A stretch of DNA of 64,000 nucleotides from Squalus acanthias (Eukaryota): contig CM059432.1 in the NCBI GenBank assembly GCA_030390025.1, positions 60,452,001 through 60,516,000 of the forward strand. The letters are read 5' to 3'. Made by a program: the position numbers and the translations under genes. The notes below the pieces were generated by a model, which saw only the letters and a list, made by a program, of their open reading frames with translations, was not told the origin of the DNA and made no database searches. This document shows positions 26,055 to 37,611 of the stretch, piece after piece (the stretch's first letter is position 1; each line of letters starts with the position of its first letter).

Positions 26055-26935
26055 ATGGCAGGGCAGGTGATGTTTTGCAGCTGTAGCATGTGGGAGCTGG
26101 AGGACCACAGTGTGATCCACAGCGACCACATCTGCAGTAAGTGTCTGCAGCTCGAGGAAATTTGGCCCCGAGTTGATGAGCTGGAGTCCGAGCTTCGGAC
26201 ACTGAGATACATCAGGGAGGAAGTTACCTGGATACTTTGTTCCAGGAGGCAGTCACACCCCTTAGGTTAAATACTTCAGATTTGGTCCGTGGTCAGGGAC
26301 AGGAGGGTGTGACTACGAGTAAGGCAGGTATGGGGATCCAGAAGGTAGCATTGGAGGAGCCTCAGCCCTTGCACTTGTCCAACAGGTATGAGGTTTTTGC
26401 AGCCTGTGTGGATGAGAGCAGGGACTGCAGGGAGGATGAGCAAACTGACCACAGCACCATGGTACAGGGGGCCATTCAAGTTGGGGCAGTAAAAAGGAAT
26501 GTAGTAGTGGTAGGGGCCAGTATAGTTAGGGGGATAGATACTGTTCTCTGCAGCCGAGAGCGTGAGTCCCGAAGGCTGTGTTGCCTGCCCAGGTGCCAGG
26601 GTTAAGGACATCTCCGCAGGGCTGGATAGGAACTTGGAGTGTGAGGGGAAAGATCCAGTTGTCGTGGTCCACGTAGGTACCAATGACATAGGTAGGACTA
26701 AGAAAGAGGTTCTGCTGAGGGAGTATGAGCAGCTAGGGCCCAAATTAAAAAGCAGAACCACAAAGGTAATAATCTCTGGATTACTACCTGAGCCACGAGC
26801 AAATTGGCATAGGGTCAATAAAATCAGAGAGTTGAATGCGTGACTCAAAGATTGGTGGGGGAAAATAGGTTTCGATTCATGGAGCACTGGCAACAGTGCT
26901 GGCGAATTGAATAACTAGGGTGGTAGATAGGGTTT
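26055..26935 (+). pseudogene. CR1 ORF1: zinc finger/leucine zipper plus SGNH esterase, frameshifted
   Basis: CSCSMWE...CSKCLQL...LESEL; VVVVG(A)SIVRG; PGARV; VVVHVGTND. Confidence 0.8.
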
Positions 26936-28918
26936 TGAACTAAATAGTCGGGGGGGAGGGTTCAGGTGAAGGGGAATTTAGAAAGTCAAAGAGAAAGGAG
27001 AAGGCAATAGTGCAGGGTAGCGACAGGGGTTATTATAACCAGAGTGTGACAGGAAGAGACAGTGCATACGAGTATAAGCGTGCACCAGCAAATAGAGTCA
27101 GAGTAGGGAAAAATGGTAAAATGACAAAATGAAAGGCTCTTTATCTGAATGCACACAGTATTCGTAACAAGATAGATGAGTTGACGGCACAAATAGAAAT
27201 AAATGGGTGTGATCTGATAGCCATTACAGAGACGTGGTTGCCAGGTGACCAAGGCTGGGAACTGAATATTCAGGGGTATTTGATATTTCGGATGGATAGG
27301 CAGAAAGGAAAAGGAGGTGGGGTAGCTCTGTTAATAAAGGATGAGATCAGTGTAGTGGGGAGAAATGACATTGGCTCAGAAGATCAAGATGTCGAATCAA
27401 TTTGGGTGGAGATAAGAAATAGTAAGGAAAAGAAGTGACTGGTGGGAGTAGTCTATAGGCCCTCTAACAGTAGCTACACTGTAGGACAGAGTATAAATCA
27501 AGAAATAATAGGGGCTTGTAAGAAAGGTACTGCGATAATCATGGGCGATTTTAATCTTCATATAGATTGGACAAATCAAATTGGCAAGGGTAGCTTTGAG
27601 GACGAGTTCATAGAATGTATTTGGGATGGTTTCTTAGAACAATACATTGTGGAACCAACCAGGGAGCAGGCTATTTTAGATCTGGTAATGTGTAATGAGA
27701 CAGGATTAATTAATAATCTCATAGTAAAGGATCCTCTAGGGAAGAGTGATCATAACATAGTAGAATTTCACATTCAGTTTGAGGGTGAGAAACTTGGGTC
27801 TGAAACTATGTCCTAAACTTAAATAAAGGCAATTACAAAGGTATGAAGACAGAGTTGGCTAAAGTGGACTGGGAAAATAGATTAAAGATTAAGACGGTAG
27901 ATAAGCAGTGCCAGACATTTAAGGAGATATTTCATAACTCTCAGCAAAGGATTATTCCAGCGAGAAGGATAAACCATCCGTGGCTAACTGAGGAAGTTAA
28001 GGATGGTATCAAATTGAAAGAAAAGGCATACAATGTCGCGAAGATTAGTGGTAGGCCAGATGATTGGGAAATTTTTAAAAACCAGCAAAGGATGACTAAA
28101 AAAATAATAAAGAGGAAGATAGATAGATTATGAAAGTAAACTAGCAAAAAATATAAAAACAGACAGTAAGAGCTTCTACAGGTATATAAAAAGGAAGAGA
28201 GTAGCTAAAGTAAACGTTGGTCCCTTAGAGGATGAGACTGGGGAATTAATAATGGGAAACAGGGAATTGGCAGAGACTTTGAACAAATATTTTGTATCTG
28301 TCTTCACAGTAGAAGACACTAAAAGCATCCCAATAATAATTGATAATCAAGGGGCTATAGGGAGGGAGGAACTTAAAACTATGACTATCACTAAAGAAAA
28401 AGTACTAGGCAAACTAATGGGACTAAAGGCTGACAAGTCCCCTGGACCTGATGACCTGCATACTAGGGTCTTAAAATAAGTGGCTGCAGAGATAGTGGAT
28501 GTGTTGGTTGTAATCTACCAAAATTCCCTGGATTCTGGAGAGTCATAGAGGTCCCAGCGGATTGGAAAACCACAAATGTAACGCCCCTATTCAAGAAAGG
28601 AGGGAGACAAAAAGCAGGAAACTATAGGCCAGTTAGCCTAATATCTGTCATTGGTAAAATGCTGGAATCCATTATTAAGGAAGTAATAGCAGGACATTTA
28701 GAAAATCATAATACAATCAAACAGAGTCAACATGGTTTTATGAAAGGGAAATCGTGTTTGACAAATTTACTAGAGTTCTTTGAGGATGTAACGAGCAGGG
28801 TGGATAAAGTGGAGCCAGTAGATGTAGTGTATTTGGATTTCCAGAAGGCATTCGATAAGGTGCCACATAAAAGGTTACTGCACAAGATAAGAGCTCATGG
28901 GGTTGGGGGTAATATATT

Positions 28919-29653
28919 GGCCCAAAAATTCGGCCCTTCCCGGGTGAGTACACAGTGCGTACTCACCCGTATTGCTTCCCAAAGTGCCGGTTTCTTGCAT
29001 GCACTGCGCATGCGCGGGAAACCGGAACTTCCGGTATGGTGAAGGGGGCGGTTCTGAGGTGAACCACGTGTGCGCTAGAGGCTGCGCGCACGCAGCACAC
29101 TTAGATTTTTTTCAGGTTTCTACGCGAGGGTAAGTATTGAAGATACTACGCTAATAAAAAGGAGGCGTAAGACCCCTTTTGAACAAGGTAAGTGGTTAAT
29201 TAAGTATAATTTTAAATTTTTTTCAACAGGTTTATCTTTTTTAGATACTTTAAGGAAAGGTAAGTTTTAATTTATAACTTTTAAAAAGTATTTTAATTTT
29301 TTCAAAAATTTAAATTTTTGTTTAAAGTGGTTAATTTATTTAACTATAGTTATTTTATAAATGTGATGGTTTTTAAAAAAATATATTTTAAGTTTAGCTG
29401 TTCTTTTGGGGCCGATTTCAATTCACAGATTTGACAGGTCTCCTGTCAAATCTATGAATGAAAGATGGTCTGCTGCCATTGGCTCTCCATGGCCCACGTG
29501 ATCCCTTGGGTCGCATCGCACTAACTGCGCCCCTGGAACACGCAAGCACTGCGCGCCGGCAGTTGGGAGAGGCCCAGGACCCGAAGTTCCGGTGGGCCCA
29601 AAACACAACGATCCTTACCCCCGCGGCAAGCCGGACATGCGAATTTCTGGGCC
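28919..29653 (+). mobile_element. Harbinger-type MITE (735 bp), relative of 24525-25269
   Basis: TIRs GGCCCAAAAATTCG / CGAATTTCTGGGCC, TSD ATT, shared interior. Confidence 0.88.
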
Positions 29654-30712
29654 ATTAGCATGGATAGAGAATTGGCTAATTAACAGAAACAGAGAGTCGG
29701 GATAAATGGGTCATTTTCAGGTTGGCAAACTGTAACTAGTGGGGTGCCACAGGGATCAGTGCTGGGGTCTCAACTATTTACAATCTATATTAATGACTTG
29801 GATGAAGTGACCAAGTGTACTGTAGCCAAATTTGCTGATGATACAAAGATTGGTGGGAAAGCAAGTTGTGAGGAGGACACAAAGAGTCTGCAAAGGGATA
29901 TAGATAGGTTAAGTGAGTGGGCAAAAATTTGGCAGATGGTGTATAATGTGGGAAAATGTGAAGTATGGAAGAATAAAAAAGCAAATTATTATTTAAATGG
30001 AGAGAGACTACAAAATGCTGCGGTACAGAGGGATCTGGGGGTCCTCGTACATGAAATACAAAAAGTTAGCATGCAGGTACAGCAAGTAATTAGGAAGGCA
30101 AATGGAATGTTGGCCTTTATTGCAAGGGGGATGGAGTATAAAAGAAGGGAAGTCTTGCTACAACTGTACAGGGCGCTGGTGAGACCACACCTGGAGTACT
30201 GCGTACAGTTTTGGTCTCCTTATTTAAGGAGGGATATACTTGCATTGGAGACAGTTCAGAGAAGGTTCACTAGGTTAATTCCTGAGATGAAGGAGTTGTC
30301 TTATGAAGAAAGGTTAAGCAGGTTGGGCCTATACTCATTGGAGTTTAGAAGAATGAGATGTGATCTTATTGAAATATATAAGATTCTGAGGGGGCTTGAC
30401 AGGGTAGATGCAGGGAGGATGTTTTCACTCGTGGGGGAATCTAGAAATAGGGGGCATAGTTTCAGAATAAGGGGTTGCCCATTTAAAACGGAGATGAGGA
30501 GGAATTTCTTCTCTCAGAGGGTCGCGAATCTTTGGAATTCTCTAACCCAGAGAGCTGTGGAGGTGGAGTCATTGAATATATTCAAGGCGGAGATAGACAG
30601 ATATTTGAACTACAGGGGAGTCAAGGGTTATGGGGAGCGGGTGGGAAAGTGGACTTGAGGCCAAGATCAAATGGCCTACTCCTGCTCCTATTTCTTATGT
30701 TCTTATGTTCTT

Positions 30713-30835
30713 ACTGCGGATGCTGGAAATCTGAAATAAAAACAGAAAATGCTGGAAATACTCAGCAGGTCAGGCAGCATCTGTGGAGAGAGAAACAGAG
30801 TTAACATTTCAAGTCGATGACCTTTCGTCACAACC
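30713..30835 (-). repeat. Penelope-like terminal repeat fragment with a degenerate hammerhead
   Basis: Same repeat as 36321-36420. Minus strand GTGACGAAAGGTCATCGACTTGAAATGTT. Confidence 0.7.
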
Positions 30836-31813
30836 ATGCATGAGCCCTAATTTTGTGTAATAACCTCTTGTGTGGCACCTTATCAAATGCTTTTTGAAAA
30901 TCCAACTACACTACATCCACTGGTTTCCCTTTATCTACCCTTCTTGTTACAACCACAAAAAACTCTTAACAGAATTGTCAAACACGATTTCCTTTTCATA
31001 AAACCATGTTGACTCTGCCCAATCATATTCTGATTTTCGAAGTGCCCTGTTACCACGTCCCTAATAATAGAGTCTAGCATTTTCCCTACTACTGATGTCA
31101 GGCTAACTGTTCTATAGTTCCCTGTTTTCTCTCTCCTTCCTTTCTTGAATAGCGGGGTTACGTTTGCTACCTTCCAATCCACAGGGACCGTTCTGGAACC
31201 TAGTGGATACTGGAAGATCAAAACTAATGCATCCACTATCTCTGTAGCCACCTCATTTAAAACCCTAGGATGCAGGCGATCAGGTCCAGGGGATTTGTCG
31301 ACTTTTAGTTCCATTAATTTTTTCAGTGCAATTTCTTTACTAATATTAATTTCTTTATGCTCCTCATTCTCACTAGACCCTTGGGGGGAAAAATTCGGTT
31401 GGGTTGCGCCTCCCGTTAGCGTCCTAAGAGGGCGCTAATGGGACGCAAAGCAACTAGCGTCCGGGTGCGGCGATGTTTGCGGCGATGTTTGCGACGCTCG
31501 TGAAATTGACTAGAGTTTTTGCAGCGGCGCAAAAGTTTACCGCCCCGATCTCCTGCGCCCACAGATCGTGACGTCAGTCGAGCGTGCAACGCCCTGGTGG
31601 CACCCCGGACCGGATATTGAGTGGCGTCCCCCCTCCTTTCAGCCTGCCGCAAGCAACGACAGGGAGACTTGAATGTTTCCCAGTCGGTGAGGGGCTGGGG
31701 TGGCGCTATTTAAAGCCGCCCTCTTCCTGCCTTTTTCTGTGGTAGACATTTTTGAATCACTCATTCTGACAGAGAGAGAGAGATCCTGAGAGAGAGACTT
31801 CTGCATAGAGTCA

Positions 31814-33046
31814 ATGCTGTGTGAAGTAGTTTTGGCTACTGAGCATCACTTTGCAGGTACTTTTGGATTTGACCTTCATTACTTCGATTGTCAAGAGACT
31901 TTGGGGGCTGCACTGATTCGGGGGGTCGTCCTGCGCCTGCAGAATCGGAGGCAACAGAGACGCAGAGAGAGAGTGGCAATCATGGCCAGTGGGAGGAGGG
32001 CCAACAGGCCTCTGCACAGGAGACCTTACCCTCTCAGGGTATTCCCAGAACAATTCTCCTACATTCATTTGTCTGAGGAGCAATGTTTGCGCAGGCTGCG
32101 CTTCAGCAAGGAGGTGGTCACTGAGCTCTGCCACCTACTGCAGCCAGATCTGCAGCCTCAACTGAGGACCAGGACGTCTCTGTCGGTGGCAGTGGAGGTC
32201 ACAGTGGCTCTGAATTTTTATGCCGCTGGCTCCTTTCAAGCAGCTACTGGGAACATCGGCAATATCTCCCAGTTCGAGGTCCATTGCTGTATCCGTCAGG
32301 TCACAAATGCCCTCTATAAAAGGAGACACCAGTACATCTATTTCCCGATGACCCGGGCCAAACAGCATGAATGCGCATTGGGCTTTGCGAGGATAGCGGG
32401 CTTCCCCATGGTGCAGGGCGCCATTGACTGCATGCATGTGGCATTGCGGGCACCGCATGAGAATGCAGAGGTTTTCCGAAACCGTAAGGGGTTCCACTCC
32501 TTAAACGTCCAGTTGGTCTGTGACCACAGACAGCTGATACTCGCTGTCAATGCCCGCTATCCTGGCAGCAGCCACAATGCTTTCATCCTGTGCCAGACTG
32601 GTGTGCCAGACCTTTTCCAGGCACCGCATCAGCCAAGTGGTTGGCTCCTCGGGGACAAGGGTTATCCACTGTGCACCTGGCTGATGACACCGCTCCGTAA
32701 CCCCAACACCCCTGCTGAGCTGCGGTACAATGAGAGCCATCTTGCCACCAGGAACATCACTGAGCAGACGATCGGCGTGCTCAAGCATCAGTTCCGCTGT
32801 CTGGACCACTCAGGAGGAGCTCTGCAGTACTCTCCTGAGCGAGTCTCCCTCTTCATAGTTGTGTGCTGCATTCTTCTTAACCTGGCAATCCTCAGGACCT
32901 AGCCAATGCCACCAGGCCTTGGTGCACCACCAGAGGAGGAGGAAGAGGAGGAGGATGATCAGCAGCAGCACCAAGGCGGGAGGGAGGCCCACAATGTTGA
33001 AACTGCAAGGGCCGTCCGTCAACGACTGATAACAAGCCGCTTCTAG
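31814..33046 (+). pseudogene. HARBI1-like DDE transposase with one in-frame TAG (32900-32902) before the acidic tail
   Basis: [32 protein letters not shown] (usually HD), [17 protein letters not shown]. The frame continues PMPP...EEEEEEEDD...LITSRF* to 33046. True start uncertain. Confidence 0.88.
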
Positions 33047-33389
33047 GCCCCTACTCAGGAAATGGCTTCTGGCATGGAGAACAACATGAATTAAAGCAAC
33101 CCGCAACCCCAAAGCTCGCCAAGGCAGCAATGATTCCAAAGGTCAAACCTGTACATTTTGAATACAAAAACTTTTTTATTTTACAAACTCTGTGTGTGTC
33201 ATTTCTTCATGACAAACTAATAGAAACAAACGCAAAAAATCATTAATTAACATAACTGGTTCTCACAACCTGGAGATAATGGCCAAAACACTAAACAAAA
33301 GTTTGAACATGGAACCTCGGCCTTTAATAAAAAAATTCCCAACATTTCGTCACACCTCCAACTTTTTGCCCTTTGAGGGTGATCTCCTT

Positions 33390-34315
33390 CTCTTGCGCAC
33401 TTCCCCCCTTCCCACCCTACTGCTCCTCCGTAAGGGGCCCCAGTGGCTGCAGCAAAGCTGGTGGAAGGCTGCTGATTGTCAGGACCTGAGACTACAGATG
33501 CCCTTGAAGGACGGCCTCGACCAGCTCTGGGCCTGGAGGGCCCGGCTGCAGACTGCACCAACTCTGCATGGGCGGCAGCAGTCTGGGCTACAGGTGGTGG
33601 CAAGTGCAATGGGGAAGTGACAGTGGTGGCAGCAGGAATGCTGTCATCTTGAGAGAGGACAGCACCTCCCTGCTCAACCATCACGCTGGCACTCCCATGG
33701 GGCAGCACCTCAGCATTCGGAGCAATCTGCTGGAGCACAGATTGCTGGCCTGCTGCAGCGCGATGAGAGCCCCGGGGAAATGTGTCCGAACCAGCGACAA
33801 TGGCAGCAGTCAGTGCTCGCGTGGCCTCAATCTGAGACTGCATGAGACCAGTCTGAGATTGGATCACGGCAACCAGTGACTGAATTGCAGCACTAAGCAT
33901 TTGCGTGGCATCCGCCTGTGCTACAGTGTAGTGCTCCACACTCCTTGCCAGTGCATCAATGCTTTCGGGCTGAGTTGAGTGTGCATGTCCACCGCCTGGG
34001 TGTTCATTTCAGCGATGAGCCGCTCCTCCTCTGCGTCCAGTGCAGCAGGACTCGCTGGCCTACTCTCCCTCCGGGGAGAAGGCCCCCGAGCTTCCCTAGC
34101 CACATTGCGTTGCTGCAGTCCGCTGGGTCCCAGAGCTTCATCCTCATCAGACCCTTCACCCCTGCTCCTCTCCAGGGAAGACGTGGTCCCAGTGTGGGCA
34201 TGGGCTTCCTCGGGAGAGGGTGGCGCTGAGGCTCCGGCTTCCTCTTCCTCCTTGCCTGCGGCTTCGCTCCCACTGGCAGCTTGAGGGCCCGTCTCCTCAG
34301 CTGGTGAATCACCAT
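33390..34315 (-). pseudogene. Harbinger Myb/SANT protein exon 3 (acidic linker plus coiled coil), frameshift near 33960
   Basis: Acceptor CCCTATTTCAG, in phase with exon 2. ORFs 33921-34415 and 33247-33939. Confidence 0.72.
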
Positions 34316-34473
34316 CTGAAATAGGGAGGTACAAGAGTGGCTTTAGCGTGAGGACAGGGGGGCAGTAAGGGAGGAAGGAGTGGAGTGATTTAGTAAGTTG
34401 GATTGAAAGTGTCAAAGGCTGGTGTTATGAGGGACAAGTGGAATGAGAGAGGAGAGAAAGCTGATGACCTTAC

Positions 34474-34636
34474 CATTGCTGTCCCGAATGGGGTCGACCT
34501 CTCCAGGGGCGACGGGACCGATCACCTGGCTTGCCACAATCCTGTGGACACGCGCCTCAAGATCACTGAGGGGTTGCAGCTGAGGCCGCCCTCCACCCGT
34601 CCATTGTTGCTGTCTCCTGTTATGAGATAGCTTGGC
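34474..34636 (-). CDS. Harbinger Myb/SANT protein exon 2
   Basis: Acceptor TTTTTCTTGCAG, AKLSHNRRQQQWTGGG...PLSDLE, donor G|GTAAGG. Confidence 0.8.
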
Positions 34637-34665
34637 CTGCAAGAAAAAGGACGGCGTCTGAGTAA

Positions 34666-34773
34666 ATATACAACCATGGTCTTGCCTGATTCGCCTCCCA
34701 TAGTTGAATAGCCCTTACAATATACAGCCATGGTCTTGCCTGATGTGCCTCCCATAGTTGAATAGCCCTTACT
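34666..34773. repeat. ~54-bp tandem duplication in Myb intron 1
   Basis: atataca(a/g)ccatggtcttgcctgat...gttgaatagcccttac occurs twice. Confidence 0.8.
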
Positions 34774-34920
34774 GTATGCAAGGTGTGGAATGTGCATGTG
34801 TGTTTCATGAGAGGGCCATAGGTGTTGGATGAGTGTTGGGCATTGGGGTTTTAAGACCCTCTGGCCATAGAGTGAGGTTGAAATGGAGGGATGGAGAGGT
34901 ATTGAAAAAAAGCCACTCAC

Positions 34921-35157
34921 ACTGACGACCCGAGTGAGGTCGTTGAACTTTTTGCGACATTGAGTATGGGTCCTGGGCACTATGCTCCTGGAGGAGATGT
35001 GCTGAGCCACCTCCCTCCACACTCTTCTGTAGTCGCGCGGCAAAGGCTTCCTGCCACTCTCAGGGTAGAGTATAAATCTTCTGCGCTCCACCGCGCCAAC
35101 GAGAGCCTCCAAGGCCCGCTCGCTGAAACGCTGAGCTCGTTCTCTCACCCTCTCCAT
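34921..35157 (-). CDS. Harbinger Myb/SANT protein exon 1 (DNA-binding domain)
   Basis: MERVRERAQRFSERALEALV...WREVAQHI...RTHTQCRKKFNDLTRVVS, followed by donor GTGAGT. Confidence 0.85.
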
Positions 35158-36380
35158 AGTCCTTGGCTGGAAAATGTAGGCACAGGTCTCTCCAGGCCGA
35201 GATTCAAGGCTCCAATGAGCAGGATGTGGATGGAGAGCAAGATCGACCCTGCCCTTTAAGAACTGGCCGCCACCAGTGTGTCTGTGTTCCATCACTAACT
35301 GACATCACCTGCGCTGCGCCCGTTCTCTGAGTTAGCGCCTCGCTCCTCGGCCTTTGTGCCTTAAGACAGGTGTGCAGTGCCTGATTTAGCGCTCCAATCA
35401 CCTCCAGAGGCGATAAAAGCCAAGTTTGCAGTCGGAGGCGATAATTAGCGCCAGGCGCTAAACTTTGTGCCCGGCCGATAATTGCGCCCCAAACGGGGCG
35501 ATACCGAATTTCTCCCCCTTGGTTCCCCACTATTTCTGGAATGTTATTTGTGTCTTCTACTGTGAAGACAGTTACAAAGTATTCCTTTAATGTCTCTGCC
35601 ATTTCCTTATTCTCCATTATAATTTCTCCTGCCTCTGCCTTTAAGGAACCCACGTTTACTTTCGTTAATCTCTTCCTTTTTACATATCTATAGAAGCTTT
35701 TAAAATCTGTGTCTTCCATACTTTTGAACATATTGCCATTTAAATGGAGTAACATTACTGGAATACTGTAGCTATTTGGCGCAGTCATCCCCCAGTCCTA
35801 ACTGCAAAACAGTATTTATTTTCAGTTCTTTAAGAGTTGGTAGCAGAGAGATATAATGGTGCAACAAAACAAACAGCCTACACAAAAAATGTGGGCTTTG
35901 CGTATGGATTCTGAACTACATTCAAAGAGAAATGCCACAAAAATGTAGTAAATCTAATTTAACTTTCTGATTTATTCATTCAAACAACCATCATACATAA
36001 TTAATGTCAAAACTGTACAGTAAATATGATGGGGAAGCTCTATAACTTAATTTGGAGGCAGCTAAGAACACAGAATTGCCAATGGTCTTGCCTTGAGATC
36101 GAGACAGTAACATTTTTCAAAATGTGTAAATTATTGTACTTCATATAGCTGCCTTGTAGATAGTCAAAGCAAATTGTTGTATGTTGGTTCAAAGAGTGGT
36201 CACAGCATAACTAGAATGAGCCTTTTTGACGAGCTAATGAGCAATATGGAAAGACACATTCTACTACCCATTTAGCCAAAGGCTGTTATACTACACAACA
36301 AAACTAGCTAAACTGGTGTAGAAACAGAAAATGCTGGAAATACTCAGCAGGTCAGGCAGCATCTGTGGAGAGCGAGGCAA

Positions 36381-36420
36381 AGTTAACGTTTCAGGTTGAT
36401 GACCTTTCGTCAGAACTGGA
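36381..36420 (-). ncRNA. Minimal type I hammerhead ribozyme motif in PLE repeat
   Basis: AGUU-CUGACGA-A-AGGUC-AUC-AACCU-GAAA-CGUU|AACU: core intact, stem I AGUU/AACU, palindromic AACGUU. Confidence 0.75.
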
Positions 36421-37611
36421 AAAAGTTACAGATTAACAGACTTTAAGCAGTTGCAGAGGCAGGGAAATGGGGGAGGGGAGGAAAGAACAAAAGGGAAGGT
36501 CTGTGATAGGGTGGAAGGCAGGAGTGATTAAAAGACAAAAGGGAGATTGTACAAAGCAAAAGGAGATGGCAATGGGACAAGTAAAGAAACAAAATGTGAG
36601 TTTCGAAGAGATGTAAACGGGAATGGCAGAAACATCAACAGCTGCCATGTGAAAAAATAGGGACAGAGGTTATGATCTGAAATTGTTGAACTCGATGTTG
36701 AGTCCAGAAGGCTGTAAAGTGCCTAATCGAAAGATGAGGTGCTGTTCTCGAGCTTACGTTGAGCTTCGCTAGAATAGTGCAAGAGGCCGAGGACAAAGTG
36801 GGGAGTGGAGCGGAGAATTAAAGTGACAGGCAACCGGAAGCTCGGGGTCACGCTTACGGACTGAACAGAGGCGTTCTGCAAAGCGGTCACCCAATCTGTG
36901 TTTAGTCTCCCCAATGTAGAGGAGACCACATTGTGAGCAGCGAATACAGTATACTAAATTGCAAGAAGTACAAGTAAATCGCTGTTTTAACTGGAAGGAG
37001 TGTTTGGGGCCCTGGACAGTGGGAAGGGACGAGGTAAAAGGGCAGGTGTTGCATCTCCTGCGCTTGCATGGGAAGGTGCGATGGGAAGGGAAGTGGGTGT
37101 TGGGGATGATTGAGGAGTGGACCAGGGTGCCTCGGAGGGAACGGTCCCTTCGGAATGCTGAAAGGGGAGGGGAGGGGAGGGGAAGATTTTTTTTCCTGGT
37201 GGGATCACGCTGGAGGTGGTGGAAATGGCAGAGGATGATCCGTTGAATGTGGAGGCTGGTGGGGTGAAAGGTGAGGACAAGGGGAATCCTATCGTGGTTC
37301 TGAGAGGGATAGGTTCTGCGAGACACTCTGCCCCTATTTTTTCACATGGCAGCTGTTGATGTTTCTGCCATTCCCATTTTCACCTGTTGTAGACTCATCT
37401 TTTGTTTCTTTACTTGTGCCATTACCATCTCCTTTTGCTTTGCACCATCATAGCTTTTGTCATTTAATCGCTCCTGCCTTCCACCCTATCACAGATTTCC
37501 CCTTTTTTTTCTTTCCTCTCCTCCCCCTTTCCCTGTCTCTGCAGCTGCTTAAAATCTGTTACATCTCTAACTTGTTCAAGTTTTCACAAAAGGTCATCGA
37601 CCTGAAACGTT

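Larger units (their letters stand above)
26015..30712 (+). mobile_element. Near full-length CR1 (ORF1 + ORF2), decayed
   Basis: ORF1 remnants, APE (AITETW, MGDFN, SDH), RT (FADD) and 3' UTR ttatgttcttatgttc. Confidence 0.9.
31384..35518. mobile_element. Structurally complete autonomous-type PIF/Harbinger transposon (4135 bp)
   Basis: TIRs GGGGGAAAAATTCGGT / ACCGAATTTCTCCCCC, TSD TTG, convergent transposase and Myb genes. Confidence 0.93.
24158..35705 (-). mobile_element. CR1 host copy in pieces (24158-24524, 25270-26013, ~30835-31383, 35519-35705) split by four insertions
   Basis: ORF2 text is collinear across all gaps. The empty site gacccttggttcccc is seen intact at ~46011. Confidence 0.8.

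Noticed and set aside
31814..32902. Domesticated host HARBI1 gene
   Set aside because: It sits between TIRs with a TSD inside a CR1 and has decayed relatives nearby, so it is a transposon copy.
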